NCBI RefSeq assembly: GCF_000485595.1
Contig: NW_014577078.1
Location: 329,773 to 393,772 of the forward strand
Length of the DNA: 64,000 nucleotides
Source of the DNA: Priapulus caudatus
Lineage: Eukaryota
Direction of reading: 5' to 3'
Shown piece after piece: positions 41,634-56,373 of the stretch. Made by a program: the position numbers and the translations under genes. The notes below the pieces were generated by a model. That model did no database searches. It was not told where the DNA came from and was given only the letters and a program-made list of their open reading frames with translations. The stretch's first letter is position 1; each line of letters opens with the position of its first letter.

Positions 41634-41935
41634 CAGGGTTCTGCCCGGAATTTTTTAGTGCCGGGTGCATCCAGTTGCGACTTTTGCAAGCGCCGTAGGC
41701 GCGAAGCCAATCTAGGGGGGTCCGGGGGCATGCCCCCCCCTGAAAATTTTGGATTTTTGATAGTCTGAAACTCAATTTCCTGCATTCTGAGCAATAAAAT
41801 ACCCATATATCAGACTTCTTCTTTTTCTTTTTTTTATATTAAAAATTAGTGCCGGGCGGAGATATATAGTGCCGGGCGGCAACCGCGAGTGCCGGGCACA
41901 CCCGCCCACCGCCGCCCACTGTGGGCAGAACCCTG
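41634..41935. mobile_element. hAT-like MITE, 5-bp TSD
   Basis: TIRs cagggttctgccc / gggcagaaccctg; TSD atatt; agtgccggg repeats. Confidence 0.85.
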
Positions 41936-43765
41936 ATATTCTAATGTTCTATGTTGCAATCTAATAAAAATTGTGATAAATACTAAACAACATTTTTTTG
42001 TAAAAGAAATTGTGAATAAAATTATTTTTTTTACATTATTCTGTAATCAGAACATGCAGTGACAATGGCGACTGAGTGGAATGACAGTAACATGAAGAAT
42101 TATTTCAAAAGCGGGATTGACTATTCTAATTAATGGCATATTAAAAACAAATGTGTGGGTTGTAAAAAGTGCTGTAACTATAACGGGGAGGGGGCAGAGT
42201 GTGGGCAAGTGTCAAGAGGGGCAGTTGCCTCTGCAGACTCATGTAATTGTATTGCTAATGGAGACTGCCGACAGTCAAATGTCAAGAACACAAGCTGCAC
42301 GACCTTTGCCCCCTTAAACAAAATGAGTTGGCTATGTGTCTCATTGAATGGACTTCTTTTATCTGCTTGCCACTAAGTTACACTCAGTATTGAAGTAAGC
42401 CCCCTAAACTAATACTTGTGTTCGTCTGTCATGTCATTAGCGGGCCCCTAATATCTTAACTTTTAGGACCCAGCTGGATACTACTTTCTTCGGTAGGTTT
42501 TCATCACCGCATGTACGTGCACACGCACACGCACGTGGACAGACATTTGTACGTTCGCACGTATGTACGCTTGGATAGTGGCACTACCGATGTACCTGAA
42601 TATGTTAGTTTTTTCCAACTCTTCTCCATGCAGGGTTTTGTTTTGGTATGTTTTTTGGATTGATGCTCATAACCTTGATTTATTTATATGGACTTTGACT
42701 ACTGTGGAAGCTCTGATGGATGTCAATTCTCAGGTATTGCATTGCGTGTTTTGGTTTGTCTGAATGTAGGGTGATATGCTCAATGTCAATGTCTTCCGAT
42801 TACCTCCCCAGCAGAGTTAGATCAATCGTTGTACACCTCCGCAATGTCATACACATGTAATATAGTTGTGGTAGGCATAAAAGTGTTATCTATGATCTTA
42901 CACAGCAAAATTATGATCTTATTCAACAGACCAAGTAACCCCGTCTAGTTTTCATAAAATAACCCCAGCATTATCATCTGTTTAAAGCTGTTATTTCGTC
43001 ATCATTGCTTATTAATGTACAATCTAGAAAATATATATAGCGAAATATAGTCTCACCTAATAGCAGATAGGTTATTTATTATACAAACGTAAAAAGCACT
43101 AAGAGTTTATGCTGTTATGGCATTAAAAAATTGCAGTTGAACACGTCGTAACACCATCGAAAATTTGATATAGTAACAATTAATGTGCAGATGGTGCCTT
43201 CAAAGCAAGTGCACCTAATCCGAACAAAAGGGCATCTGGTTCCCTGTAGTGAAATCGTTGAAATCTTAGTGTAATTATCGTGAGAAAGTCCGAGATTTAC
43301 CAAAAAATGTTGGGGAAATCAAAACGAGTAATCAGAATTCGAATCGTGTACATGGTTTGGTGAATATAGCGAAGTACCAAAGTTTCAAAACGATCATCTC
43401 ACAAATAAATTGAGAAATTAATAAATTTAAACAAGTTTAGTCTGACCTGTCAGCGTAGACATTACTGAATACTAATTGCTTCAGCATGAAAATTATTATG
43501 AGTTTCTGCTGTTATAGACTATAAAACAGTAAATGAACAGCAAAAGTGCGACTGCTATCTTGTGATTAGCGATAATAGCATTTTAAAATGCTCCCACAAA
43601 AGCAAGTGCAGGTAGTTACGTGGCACATATATTAATAGACTGGTACCTATCTCAAATGTAAACAAAGGAAATTAACCTAGTGTAGCGATAGGATTCCGGT
43701 CAATGTCATCTCGCTAGAGCAAAAATCAAGTGCTAGTTTTGTTGACACATACTGAACTGTCTAAT

Positions 43766-44139
43766 TGTATCACCGCGACGAAGTCGGCGCGGATACTATG
43801 GTTTCATGTCTCGCGTACCAAAACCAGGTCACTACGACCTTTATTTGACCTTGACCTTGACCTTGATCATATTTCCCTTCCGAAGTATACCAAGTTTGGT
43901 CGTGCTAGGTCAATTAGGGGCCGAGTTATAGAGACACATCTTGGGGAGAAGGTGTGTCGCTTACCAAAACCAGGTCACTGCAACCTTTATTTGACATTGA
44001 CCTTGACCTTCATCATATTTCCCTTCCGCTCTATAACTCGGCCCCTAATTGACCTAGCGCAACCAAACTTCGTATACTTACACATCTTGGGGAGAACACG
44101 GGGGATACATGTAGTTGGCGACAACTGCCCTTTCTAGTT
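43766..44139 (+). mobile_element. Short HINE/Helitron-like element
   Basis: 5' gtatcaccgcg..cgcggatac hairpin, internal gaccttga repeats, 3' gggatac subTIR, gtagttggcgacaactgc hairpin and ctagtt end. Confidence 0.65.
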
Positions 44140-45879
44140 TGAAATGCAAATAGATGCACATATTGATAAAAAGAATGAAATGTGAGTGTTCTGTGACACG
44201 TTAGCCATACACTTGTTGTTATGGTAGAAATGCTGGTAAGTATCAGAACGGTCAAAACGAAAATATGAAAATGGGTGGTGAAAACGTGAAATTTTCAGTT
44301 TAGGACATGCTAGCATTGGTCTAGAATCTATACATTTGCTGTTACTCAATCAATAACAGTTGAAGTATCAGAAAGGTTTGGAAAACATGAGAACGGTCAG
44401 AAATTTTGTTTGAAATCATTACTTTAAATGTGCTGAAATTCGAGAAAAATAAATTAGTTCTCTCAATAAAGCATTTATATTGAACATGTTTAGAAATGCT
44501 TCCCGGATAGTAAATATCAGTTAGAAAACTTTTTACAGATACTGCAGTGTTCTGACATGCATTTCTGACGCCTACTTCGATAGCTATTTCTTACAGTCAT
44601 GTATTTTGTATTCTTGAGCATTATATAACGATCATGATGCTAATGATTGTTTTTGTACTTGTAATTGTATTGAGGTTGACTTCTAATAGGCCCATTGATT
44701 ATGCAATGTTGACGAATGCTAGAGTAACTGGCACCTTGTGTAGTTAATAAGTACATTACCTTATAGTTATAGCCAAACGCGTATTACTTTGTCCAATATC
44801 ACTGCTGGTTACATTACAAACAAGACTTGAAATCGGTTGTTGATATGTATCAACGTATCATTTACGTGCCGTAAATCTCATCCAGGAGTTCAGCGATGAC
44901 GTAAACATTTGTGCGGCCCGTATTTTTTGGATGCCAGATGAAACGGAGGTGTCAGCGGTGTAACCACGGCCACGGACTAAACATGGAAATAGAGTAAAAC
45001 ACACGTACTAATCACGGACGCACAAATGGCAGCCCTGACAAAAAGTTCCTTATCACGAGCGTCCATGTTTTCGAAATCACTGATGATAGCATTGCGTACG
45101 GCCGAGCATGCGTGCGAAAATGTCCGGTGCACAATAAATCTGTATCACACCCGGTTCGCCGGCAGCAGTTTGAAACTGTAAACAACTGATTTTTGGACTG
45201 CGGATTTCAATTAGACATTTCTTAGTAACCAGCAGTGATATTGGACAAACTAAACACGTTTTGCTATAAGGTAATGTACTTATTAACTACACAAGGTGCC
45301 AGTTACTCTAGCATTCGTCAACATTGCATAATCAATGTACCTATTATTCCTTTAACACAGTTACCTACACGAGTAGAACCGTGTTGCAATACATCGAGAG
45401 ACGTGCCACGGTCCACTACTCTCTAGTACGCGAGAAGAACTAAACGAGTTTTCCATTATCTTACATCGCCCTCCTTTCCAAGATATCAAACTAGAATACA
45501 TAAAGGTAAATGAACAGCATTAAACAATATGTTGCTAAATTAACAACACTATTGAATTACGACCATTATGGGAGACCCTACACATACATAGTCACTAAAT
45601 CCTGCAGGTGCATGGTTTCCCATTACTTCCTGACCTTGGAACAGGTTTAGAACAGGCTTCAGATGTGACTTTCTTTATATCCTCGCTGTTGTCATTCACG
45701 ACAATGGGATTAATTTGTCATCTGCACAGTCAGTCCGGGTTTCAAGTGTATATATGGTATTTCAATGTGCGAATGGATGCTTGGAATTGCAGTTATTGCC
45801 TTCTCGTAGGTATCCGACTCTGAACCTTTATGGATATATTGATCTCTGGAGTGATCGGTGACCATTTCGAAGTTCCTGC

Positions 45880-46562
45880 AGTTAGACAGGAATCTACGTT
45901 TAAGCATAATTCGATTTCTCACAGACAGTAGGCTAGAAGGAAGACTGCATGATAACATACTTTAGATTTCTTCAGGTTACGTTCTTGGAGCACACTTTAT
46001 TTATTCCATTTTCTTGTCCACCTGGTTCGTCTACATTGAGGACAGGATTTGCTCAGCTATCTGGCGTTTACTGTGCTAGTTGCAGATGCCAGTCTTAGCC
46101 TAGGTCATTCTTGTGTGCTGGGACTACTTCATTCGCCTGGTATCCATATAGGTGGATTGTAGGGGGTTCTACCCATACCCTTGTGGGGCGTGTTCCTGAT
46201 GGATAACAGACCGTGAGTCCACTTTTCAAAGTCCACTTTACCATTTGCTACACAACTGCGTAGTAGGTGCTTTGCCTGTTTTACTGCATTCTTTGCGAAC
46301 GCATTACACTGCGGGTAATATGGGGATGAGGATATATCTATCTCACTCCCCACCTTACACAGAGGTCTTGGAATACACTTGATGGAAGTGGTAGTCCATC
46401 TTCAGCATTTAGCACTCAGGTACTGCTGTGTCAGTGAATTATCAGTCTTAGGTCATGGATCGTGGAATTACATCATTTGAGTGAATCTCACGCATTATGA
46501 ACCAGCCAGATAACCAGTCGGTGACTATCAGAAATGTGCGACCATCACAATCGGCAAAGTCG
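45880..46562 (-). pseudogene. Degenerate Ty3/Gypsy retrotransposon integrase fragment
   Basis: Minus-strand DFADCDGRTFLIVTDWLSGWF (first catalytic-D region), SSPYYPQCNAFAKNAVKQAKHLL..LLSIRNTP..GRTP (region of the catalytic E) and VRNRIMLKRR. Frameshifted. Confidence 0.85.
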
Positions 46563-47364
46563 TAATTTGTAAGGCGCAATTTGTAACTTGATTCTCGCTA
46601 TAATCAAATATGCTATGCTGTTACGATGTATTCAAATCCAATTTTCTATGCTATAACTGTATAAAATCTTAGTGTTTTTCAGGTTAGTGTAAACAGTGAT
46701 ATATCTGCTGTAAGGTGAGACTATATTGCGCTAAATTTGTTCAGATTGAGCGTTTCTGAGCAATATACCTTCTTATATACCTTTTATATTAGTTTGTTCA
46801 CAGTGGTGTGCCTGTGGTAAGAATGTGTGACTTTGGTTTTAGATATTAAATACCGCCACAAGACGACACAATGCTAGACTACACACCAAATTTTGCAGTT
46901 CGATATTTGCTAGTTAAATTTTTTAATGTTTTCAAACTGTAATTGATCCACGTTTTCAGCCTGGAACACTTACTCATTTTTTACTTTAAAAGAAGGGCAT
47001 GTTTTTATACTAAATAAACATTTTTATGGTTCAATACAAATATTGTGCAAAAATTGTTTATGCATACTAGCTTCCCAAATATAGATGTTAGAAACATTTT
47101 ATCGGATATAGTTTGGTGCATCATCTTTGGTGCTGATATTTACCACAGTGCCTTCGAGTTTTCAAATGAGAATGTTCTTTTGTGATTAAAGTGATTACGT
47201 CACCGTAAATAGTAAAACTAAAAAAAATATCTCCACTTTTTCACAAAATGTAAGTAGTTCTGTTCACTTTTTATGGTTAAATTGCTGCATTATACTTTCT
47301 ATATTCCTATATTATTTGATGTAAACATACACTCGTGACTCATACATAGCCCATAGCAAGCAAT

Positions 47365-48039
47365 TCTAAGGAAGCGTTTCACTTCCCTATCCCAGGTTCT
47401 CGGTTTATCAGGTGCGGTAGTGGCACCCGTTTCTTAAGGGTAGCATCAGGTTGCGCCGATAGATTCCACGATAGATAGGCTAGTACGAGAGGTAGCGCAG
47501 ATAGATCACACGATAGATAACACGAACACAGTATTATAAAGCTACTCCTCGTTTGTTCTATTAAACCACAGAATATTCTCTATACTACATACTACATAGA
47601 TGACTACACAGATGACTACGCACACACAGAATCGTAACCGAGCATCAGTAATTTCGTACCTTAGCGCGGCAGTTCACGGCGACGCTTGGCCGGGGTGAAG
47701 GTGAACGGTAGAAGATGGACGGAGAAATATAGCGGACTACGTGTGAGAGTAACAAGGCACGATAGGAGCGGGACAACAACTGGACTGTTCGGTTCAAAAG
47801 ATCAGAGCCAAGTCGTTTTCTACCTGCGAGTTTGGCGTCAACAATTCTGGACCCTAGAGACGGGCCAGGTGGACATCACGGCGGAATCACCATTATGTGT
47901 CATGGAATGATTTTTTATGGTGATTGCGTTCGTGCCGCAAACTAATATGTGCTATCTGTGAAGCCCTCATTTGCTTATGGTGATTGCGTTCGTGCGGCGA
48001 ACTAATATGTGCTATCTGTGAAGCCGGCGCTTTCCTACA
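47365..48039. mobile_element. Probable solo LTR with 4-bp TSD inserted into an older repeat
   Basis: Termini t(c)taaggaagcg / cgctttcctaca; flanks caat / catt (caat in the mirrored copy at about 48960). The empty site is seen as the reverse complement of about 620-675. Confidence 0.6.
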
Positions 48040-48079
48040 CATTTAATGTCAGGTTAATAATATCAAATCGTCCAGGTTT

Positions 48080-50024
48080 TTTAGCTCATCTGACGTAGTC
48101 AGATGCAGCTTGTAGAATCGCATGATCGTCCGTGCGTGCGTGCGTGCGTGCGTCAACAGTTTGGCACAAATCTTAACGACAGGCATTTTGCAAACGAATA
48201 GGTAAGCATCATCCCTTTACCTAACACAAGTCCGTGGGAGGGCCGGGAGGCCCACGCTGAAATAGAGAGGCTGCCACCTGTAAATTTCACTGTGACTTGT
48301 AGCCTCATACATTCCAGGCAATGTATAATCTACAGCAAGACCCGGCAGTCAAATTCTTTCTAACAGTAAACAAATCCATGTTTAACCGCTCCTGAGGGTA
48401 AAAGGTTATCGCGACACTTACTGCTTCGCATGTCAGCAGAAAGTACATTTCATGGTCCTTTCAATAAAGCCATTAAAATGCTAGGTCACAGCTGAAACAA
48501 AAAAGTTTTTCAATCGCTCCGTCAGACCATGTCCTCAGAAAATGTCTACAATCTGCCCTGTGCCCCATTGACCTTTGACCTGTAACCTCCAATTTCGGCA
48601 CAATGATGGCTTTTCCTACCATGATGCTATACACCGGGCAACTATCACGAGCCTAGGTCGAGCCGTTTAGATTTGTGCCGCAATTCTGCATTTCCTCCCT
48701 ATAATAAGTTAAGGAGGGAATGTTCCCGCGTTCGTTTACACTCTTGACCTTTGACCTTTAGCCCCAGCTTCGAGATCCCAACTCGTTTTCGGATTACGCC
48801 CCCCCCCCGCGTGACCGTACGTCGAGCGGTTAAGATTTGTGCCCAACTTGTACGCACGCAGCGCACGGACGAACGGACGATCATGCGATTCTACAAGCTG
48901 CACTGACTACGTCAGATGAGCTAAAAAACCTGGACGATTTGATATTATTATCCTGCACTTAATTGTGTAGGAAAGCGCCGGCTTCACAGATAGCACATAT
49001 TAGTTCGCCGCACGAACGCAATCACCATAAGCAAATGAGGGCTTCACAGATAGCACATATTAGTTTGCGGCCAACGCAATCCCATAAAAAATCATTCCAT
49101 ACACNNNNNNNNNNNNNNNNNNNNNNNNNCCAAATATGTTCAAATGACGCACAGAAACAGTGGAAGGCCACAGGCGGGATGGTATCAGAACCTTCTCAAG
49201 ACAGGCATTTCAAAACAAGAATAGGTTAAGCACTCATCATTTACCTTAACAAAGCCTACAGGGCTGACAAATAGAGAGCTGCACCTTGTAGAATTTCAGC
49301 TGTGACTTGAAGCCTACATTACACTCCAGCCATGTATACAGATTCACTAGCAAACCGGCCAGTCAATTATTCAGTTTCTAAGCAGCAAACAACATGTCTT
49401 AAGCCTCCTTGAGGGATCAAAATGTTACTCCGACACTTACTCTTCGCTTCGCAGAAAGGTCATTTCAGTGCGATCCTTTCAGATAACCCGATTAAAATGG
49501 CTACGGTCACCAGCTGAAAACAAAAAAGTTTCTTTCAATCACCTCCGGTCAGACCAGTGTCCTCAGAAAATGTCTTACAATCTGCCTGCTTCCCCATTGA
49601 CCTTTGACACTGCGTACCTCCAATTTCTGCACAATGGGATGGCTTTTCCTACCATGATCTATACACCGGGCAACTTCACGGCCTATGGTTCGAGCCGTCT
49701 AGATTGTGCCGCCAATCTGACATTTCCTCCCTATGAAGATTAAGCCTTAAGAGGAATGTTCCCCCTGCGTTTAACTCTTGACCTTTGATTATGCCCCCAG
49801 CTTCCGAGATACCAACTCGTTTTCGGTTACACCCCCCCCCCGCTGACCGTACGATCGAGCGCATTCCTTTGAGAAGGTTCCTGATACCATCCCTGTGCCT
49901 TCCACTGTTTCTGTGCGTATGTGAACATATTTGGGACTAACAGGGTTTACTAGAATCCCACCAGTTCACCACAGAGTCACCGCAGTAGACGTTAGATGAG
50001 CGCTGTCGCTCCGCGGCACTTGTT
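48080..50024 (+). mobile_element. Family H1 copy, internally scrambled (see findings)
   Basis: H1 5' end at 48080 and 3' end at 50024, inserted in the T-run of the host repeat. Confidence 0.7.
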
Positions 50025-51327
50025 GAGTTTTTAACTAGTTGAGAAACAATCTTATCAGGTAAGAATTTGACGATACATTTAGTCCCGTTAGTACTTACTT
50101 TTAATGTAAAAAAATGGCAACAGAATTTTTACAAATCACCATAGAAAATTCGTGACGTAGTCAATTTAAGGTACTTTGTGAGCTCATAGTGGCCCATGTT
50201 ATAAATACAATAGCATATGGTGCCACTTTACAACATGGCTTTGCTGAACTTCTATTCTATTGGCTACAGTTGGTGTGAATATGCCAACTGCCTGTCTTTG
50301 AACATGAATGCAACCTGCCTTTGACATGCCGACTGTCCGCCCTTAAATGGAAGCAACTTCTCCCCAACATCATTTGGGTTTCTTCCCCAGTAAATCGATA
50401 CACCCTACCTCCATTATTGTGCATAAAGCTCCAATATGCATTTGTAAAGCTCTACAGCCAACTGTTTTCCGTATTGGACCACCAACTATAGATAATATGG
50501 TCAATGCTTCTATTCTACATATAAACCTGAACTCTCCATGACCACATGTTATTTGTGGAACTCTTGTTAATTAAAAAATACCATATTTATACGGTGCCAG
50601 AAGACAAGAATAAGGTAAACACGGTAGTCATAACAAGCAGAACAGCTGTTGAGTGCGATTGGACTTCCATGAATTGCAAGCGAAGCAAGTCTTTGCCACT
50701 GCTGTGTTGGTAGTGCTCCAAAATTATGGCAACAGATTGCATACCCAACATAGTCATTGAAGAAAGAGTAATGAATCAAGGTTGTCGACACTCACCGTTA
50801 CTGTACCGTAGGTTATACTTCTTCTAACTTTATTAGTGAAGCGTAAAACTTGACAACCGGTAGTGCAGTATAGCTTGACGTTTCACTGACATGTGTTACT
50901 CTCTAGCACTTCCTTCAGCAATCTTAAGGTTAACCGGCGACCACACGCATTAGTGCGTCTACTGCTAATGCCAGCAGACTAGAGATACCTTTGATCCTAG
51001 ATATACCGTTAAAAGTCAACCACTTGAAAAAAAAACAGTGGCCAAACAAACTTTTTAGCTAGGGCTTATGGAGAGCAAGAGCACTCGTGAAATGTGCTAG
51101 GGAGCTGACGCACCATTGCTCAGGGGTTTCTTCAGCCGATATAGAGGTAATGCTGACGTGACACCAAAGCCACATTTCTTTAAACAACGAGGCAGCCCTG
51201 TGATGAATGCCGCTATCATATCGCTGAGAAGCCAAGTGTGTTGACAAGACGAGCACACAAATTGCAGGCACTAGCTATAGCACGCAGCTGGCCGTCAACG
51301 CTTACGGTGGTATCACACAATACTATC

Positions 51328-51550
51328 GCTCATAGGGTCTATGTCCCCCAGGGTACTGCCGGAACATACCCTGGTAACTATTTGATATAGTTAGGGTTAG
51401 GGTTAGGGAGTAGGCGTAGGCGACTCCCTAGACTCGTTAGTGGAGTAAGCGAGGTACGGTCCGACATATTAGATAGTACCAGGGTACGTATACCGGACAG
51501 TACCCAGGTTACGTTCCGGCAGTACCCTGGGGGACATAGACCCTCTCAGC
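51328..51550. mobile_element. MITE with 9-bp TSD carrying (TTAGGG)3, copy 2
   Basis: Same TIRs and core as 8345-8607; TSD aatactatc at 51319-51327 and 51551-51559. Confidence 0.88.
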
Positions 51551-52540
51551 AATACTATCCACCATTTGCATGTTCCAGCGAAACAGCTGTGCTACACAGC
51601 GTGTAGCCGATAGTGAAAAAAATTGTTTCAAGCACCAAATTGCAATTCATATCTGCGATCTAAGTAAATGGTTCTAACCTATATCAATGTGCTGATTTTG
51701 TACAGTTGTTGTTTTATACTCGCACGGTGACCAAAAAAACTAAATAAAAATGCAGAATAAGTAAGGAGTGGCCCGTCTTCACAAGCTAAATGAATGCGAA
51801 GATCCTAAATTAAGATCCTGATAATACGAACTCGTAGAAATCCCAAGTGCAACTAAACTAGGTGCCACGGTAGGAAAACTAGCTGCCCTGCCAGTCAGCA
51901 GCTGATCAAACGAAGCTGGGGACAGTGTGCACAATCATATGAGTTATTTATGGGAAGTTCTATTGCAATGAGACCATTTCCCCACCATGTCTGTCTACCT
52001 CACCCCTCCCTCCACGCTTTTCTATACCTCTCGCTCATGTGCATTAACACCCTCTGTCACATCACCCTCAGTAGATGTGCGCGGGGTAGCAGGTGTTCAG
52101 ATCAGTATGAAGTTAGACACTATAGCTTACATCAACATTATGATGTTGCTACTGTAGTTTCCTGTAGTTGCACATGGTTGACTCAATGTTCAGACAGGCA
52201 GGCAGCATGTTAGAGGCATCCGTGTTCTTGATGGCAGTTGGCATGTTCGATGTCATGCTGAAGGTAGGCTGTACGGGTCATGGACGTAGGCAAGGGGGTG
52301 TCGGAGCACCTGGTTACATTCATGGTCAGAGCAGCCAGCATGCATATTGCTGACGGGCATGGCATGTAGGCCAGCCAGTACCAATGCTGCGTGCATCTAA
52401 TGTACATGTTGTTGGCAGCCAGCGTATTTGCTGTCGACAACCAGTGTGTATGGTGCCGATGGTCTGCTGATATGGTGTGCCCCAGTATAGTGCTGTGGGC
52501 AAATGTCTATGATGTGAATAGCCCCAGCATCAGTGATATG

Positions 52541-52792
52541 TAGTGATGGGAATCGATTGGAATTTCATCATTGATCATCGGTTGCACCCAACCGAACGAT
52601 GATCGAACTTCTTCTTATCTTTCTTATATTTCTGTATTACATAATCGGTTGAATGTTATTGATCGCAGCTACCTAATTTTATTTTCATTAATTTTTTTTT
52701 GATAATCGATTATTTATTTTCATCATCGAGCGCTTAGTCGGTTGCTGCAAGCGGCTGACTTTCGATTATAATCGATCATCGGGGCATCACTA
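52541..52792. mobile_element. Canonical hAT MITE, 8-bp TSD
   Basis: TIRs tagtgatg / catcacta; TSD gtgatatg; atcga repeats. Confidence 0.85.
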
Positions 52793-53322
52793 GTGATATG
52801 TATGCAGTATTCCTGTTATCTGTACTGCTGTAGTGTGTATTTGGACGTCACAGCAGCAGACTGTAACCATGTTGTTCTGTGTATCGCGTTTGCAATCCTT
52901 AACCTAAATACAAGTTTTCATTTCACATCACAGTGTATTTTCCTTTTCTGTCTGGTGCCATATAAGTCCGTTTAGCTTAAGCCCGGAGTTTCATTTTTCA
53001 TCCACAGATGGCAGTGTGTTTGCATACGACCCACTATCTCCATGGGGGTTCAGTGCTGGTTACTTTAGCAGCTGCATGTCTGTCTAAGGATGCAGCAATT
53101 ATGGAACTTGTCCTCAGTCTTAGACCATTAGGTCAGCGGCTACACTAGTAAAATTATTATTTGCTCCCGCAATAATAAAGTAGTAGCTAGCTCAGCTCAG
53201 TGGCTTTACCCAAGCTAGGTCACACCCCATGGCTAGCTACTGGCTCCCTGCGTTAGTATCCACGTAACCGTGGGCTACGCAGTAAACTATCCAGATCCAG
53301 ATCCAGATGGCTCCAGGCTCCA

Positions 53323-54344
53323 GGGTGGGGGGGTAATCCGAAAAGAAGTTGGGATGGCGAAGCTGGGGGTCAAAGGTCAAGAGGTGTAAAAGAAGGGGGA
53401 ACATTCCCTCCTTAACTTAAGGTATAGGGAGGAAATGCAGAATTGCGGCACAAATCTAAACGGCTCGACCTAGGCTCGTGATAGTCGGTGTATAGCATCA
53501 TGGTAGGAAAAGCCATCACCGTGTCGAAATTGGAGGTCACAGGTCAAAGGTCAATGGGCACAGGGCAGATTTTAGACATTTTCTGAGGACATGGTCTGAC
53601 GGAGCGATTGGAAAACTTTTTTGTTTCAGCGGTGACCTACCATTTTTAGGGCTTTATTGAAAGGACCATGAAATGTACTTTCAGCTGACATGCGAAGAGT
53701 AAGTGTCGTATAACCTTTTGACCCTCAAGAGGAGGGTTGAACATGGATTTGTTTACTGTTAGAAAGAATTTTACTGCCGGGTTTGCTAGTATAATCTATA
53801 CATGCCTGGACGTATGAGGCTACAATGTCACAGTGAAATTTCAAAAGCTAAATTTGGTTGAAGAAGGTTTATGCTCCTTAAATCGTATAATTCCTATGGC
53901 ATTCTGTACTGTCAGTGTGTTACATGTAACTTACGCCACTGCCAGTAGCCACTGCCAGTGCATGTGATAGTACTGTGTAGTTTTTGCCTGCGTTAATTAG
54001 TTACAGGTAGCAGCTCTCTATTTCAGCCTGTAGGCTTGCGTAGGTAAATGGATGAGTGCTTACCTATTCTGTCTTGCAAATAGTTGTTGCTACTACGTAC
54101 GATGGGAGCTTCCATATTTAATCTTAAGACACTTAAACGTACGCGCCATCTCGTGGCAACTTTCATAACGATTCCAACAAACATTCCTTCGAGAAGGTTC
54201 CTGAAACCATCCCTGTGCCTTCCACTGTTTCGGCGCGTATGTGAACACATTTGGGACTAACAGGGTTTACTAGAATCCCACCACTCCACCACAGAGTTAC
54301 CGCAGTAGACGTGAGATGAGCGCTGTCTCTCCGCGGCACTTGTT
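53323..54344 (+). mobile_element. Family H1 copy, 5' truncated
   Basis: Near-identical to about 21441-22448; explains the twin ORFs 22127-22354 and 54023-54250. Confidence 0.88.
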
Positions 54345-56206
54345 ATTAAAAGTCACTATATAGTAGTACATTTAGTCTGGCCACCAGTCGTTCATAATAC
54401 GTTGGTAGATTTTGTAACCCAAGTTAGTGATTTTTCTCTTTTATGTGTATGTAGGTGTCTAAGGTGCAAAGAACTTTTAAAATTCATGACTGAGCCTTTT
54501 TCCCCTAAAATTCTGTTGGATTCTGTTACTAAAACCCTTACTTCACAAAGCAAGCAATCATTGAACATTTTATAATTATCTCTGAAATATATCAGAAACA
54601 AAAATATAAAACCATAAACAAATTTGGTCCCAAGTATTAGCGAACATATTACAATTCATATTACATTGCAATATCTCTCACATTGCCTACGTTGCCAACC
54701 CTGCACTCCCTCCTCCACTTTTTCTGTTCCACACTCTCACTCCCATTTTGTACTTCGTTTGCAAGTGATGCAATGGGTTGGGGGAAGTCACAAGACTTAC
54801 TAGAAAGCAATACCTATCTTACTCAGAGAGAGGTATATATTTCTTAATGTGAACTCATTAGGGATTTATTAACCTATTAATCTCTCTCTGAGTAAGGCAC
54901 GTATTGCTTATACGTGTAATACATGTATATATGTGTGTGGGGGGTGTGGGTGTGTGTGTGCGTGCGGGCGTACGTTCGTGTGCGTGCGTGTGTGGGTGTG
55001 TGTGGGAGATACTAGTGAAGCCCGGCAGGTGCTAGGGCTGGATGTTAACTGTGATCCTGTCTACGGGATTTCCACTGCGAGGTGTAGGGAAGATGAGTCC
55101 GTATAGGGAGGGCTCAGTAAAAGATGCAGGTTACATATAATCAAATCATATAATAAGATAGCTGTAACTTTCTGTTATGAGATTACTGTTTCAGATTTGC
55201 AAATGCTGTGACAGGATTACAGTTGCAATGTTTGTGAGGGGACATGATTAAAGTTTGATCAATCAATGACTGCTATCTCGGAGATTTCATTAATATAGTG
55301 CAGATTATCCGATGGTCATCGTTTAACATGATATACGTCCTCACATGGTCAAATTTTAAGGTCATGCAGCTTGTAAAAGGATTGTTGTTTAACATGGTGC
55401 CGATAAGCGGTTTTTGTACCTTAGACTTGTAATTGTACAGCTGTGGTGTTCTATGATCACCATCGTCATCGTCATTCTGATGCATCATCTTTAAATTATG
55501 AGTGGAGGGTTGCTGCTAAGAGTGCTAGAGCCTGTCACCGTTCTTCAGTGACCCGCCTATGACCAGCTAAAAGTACAACTAGGTGTAAATTACGGCTGTA
55601 TATCAATTGATGTAAACACATTGCACGCAGCTGCGGAAAATTTAATAACCCGAAGGTATATAGGGCGCACATGTGGCTGCAGAAGCCAGTATAAATAACT
55701 ATGACTGTTATATATAACACAGCACATGTGGATCATGTTAGGCTTTTGCTGTGTTTTATTGTGAGCTGGTGTGCTGGTGCCATTGCGCACATCCGGAGAG
55801 CGCTTGCTCCCTGCTGAAGCCAGTCTTTGTACTAGAGGTTGTGGCTGTGGTAGCCTGTGCTCAGCCCCACATGCCAGCCTGGTCATCATGTCAACAAACA
55901 ACCAAACTCATTTCTGCCCTCTAAATTCCTAGCATGCATCTTGGCTATTTTTACAGGTTGCTTAGTAACGCTTCAACACGTACGCATGCTCAATAATCAT
56001 GGGCAACTTATCTTTAACTTCTGGTCTCATATCTGTGATTCTTGTTAAAACGCTCTAAATGGACACTTGTTCACAGGGGTCGGTGTGAGAAAGAAAGGGG
56101 AGGGAAGAGGAAGAGAGACAGATTTGCAACTGGTTTACGTTATTATTATGTTATTATTAGTTATTATGACTGGTTATGAGAGCAAGTATTTGTGAGTAAG
56201 TATTTC

Positions 56207-56373
56207 TAGGTCTGAATTTCAATACTGGATAACATTTTTGTTACAAATACAATTATGTATTAACGGGGTCCATCCATTGTTTGTCACTTTTAGGTCTGAA
56301 TTTCAATACTGGATAACATTTCTGTTACAAATACAATTATGTATATTAACGGGGTCCATCCATTGTTTGTCAC
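56207..56373. repeat. Tandem duplication with 84-bp period
   Basis: taggtctgaatttcaatactgg starts at 56207 and 56291. Confidence 0.9.
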
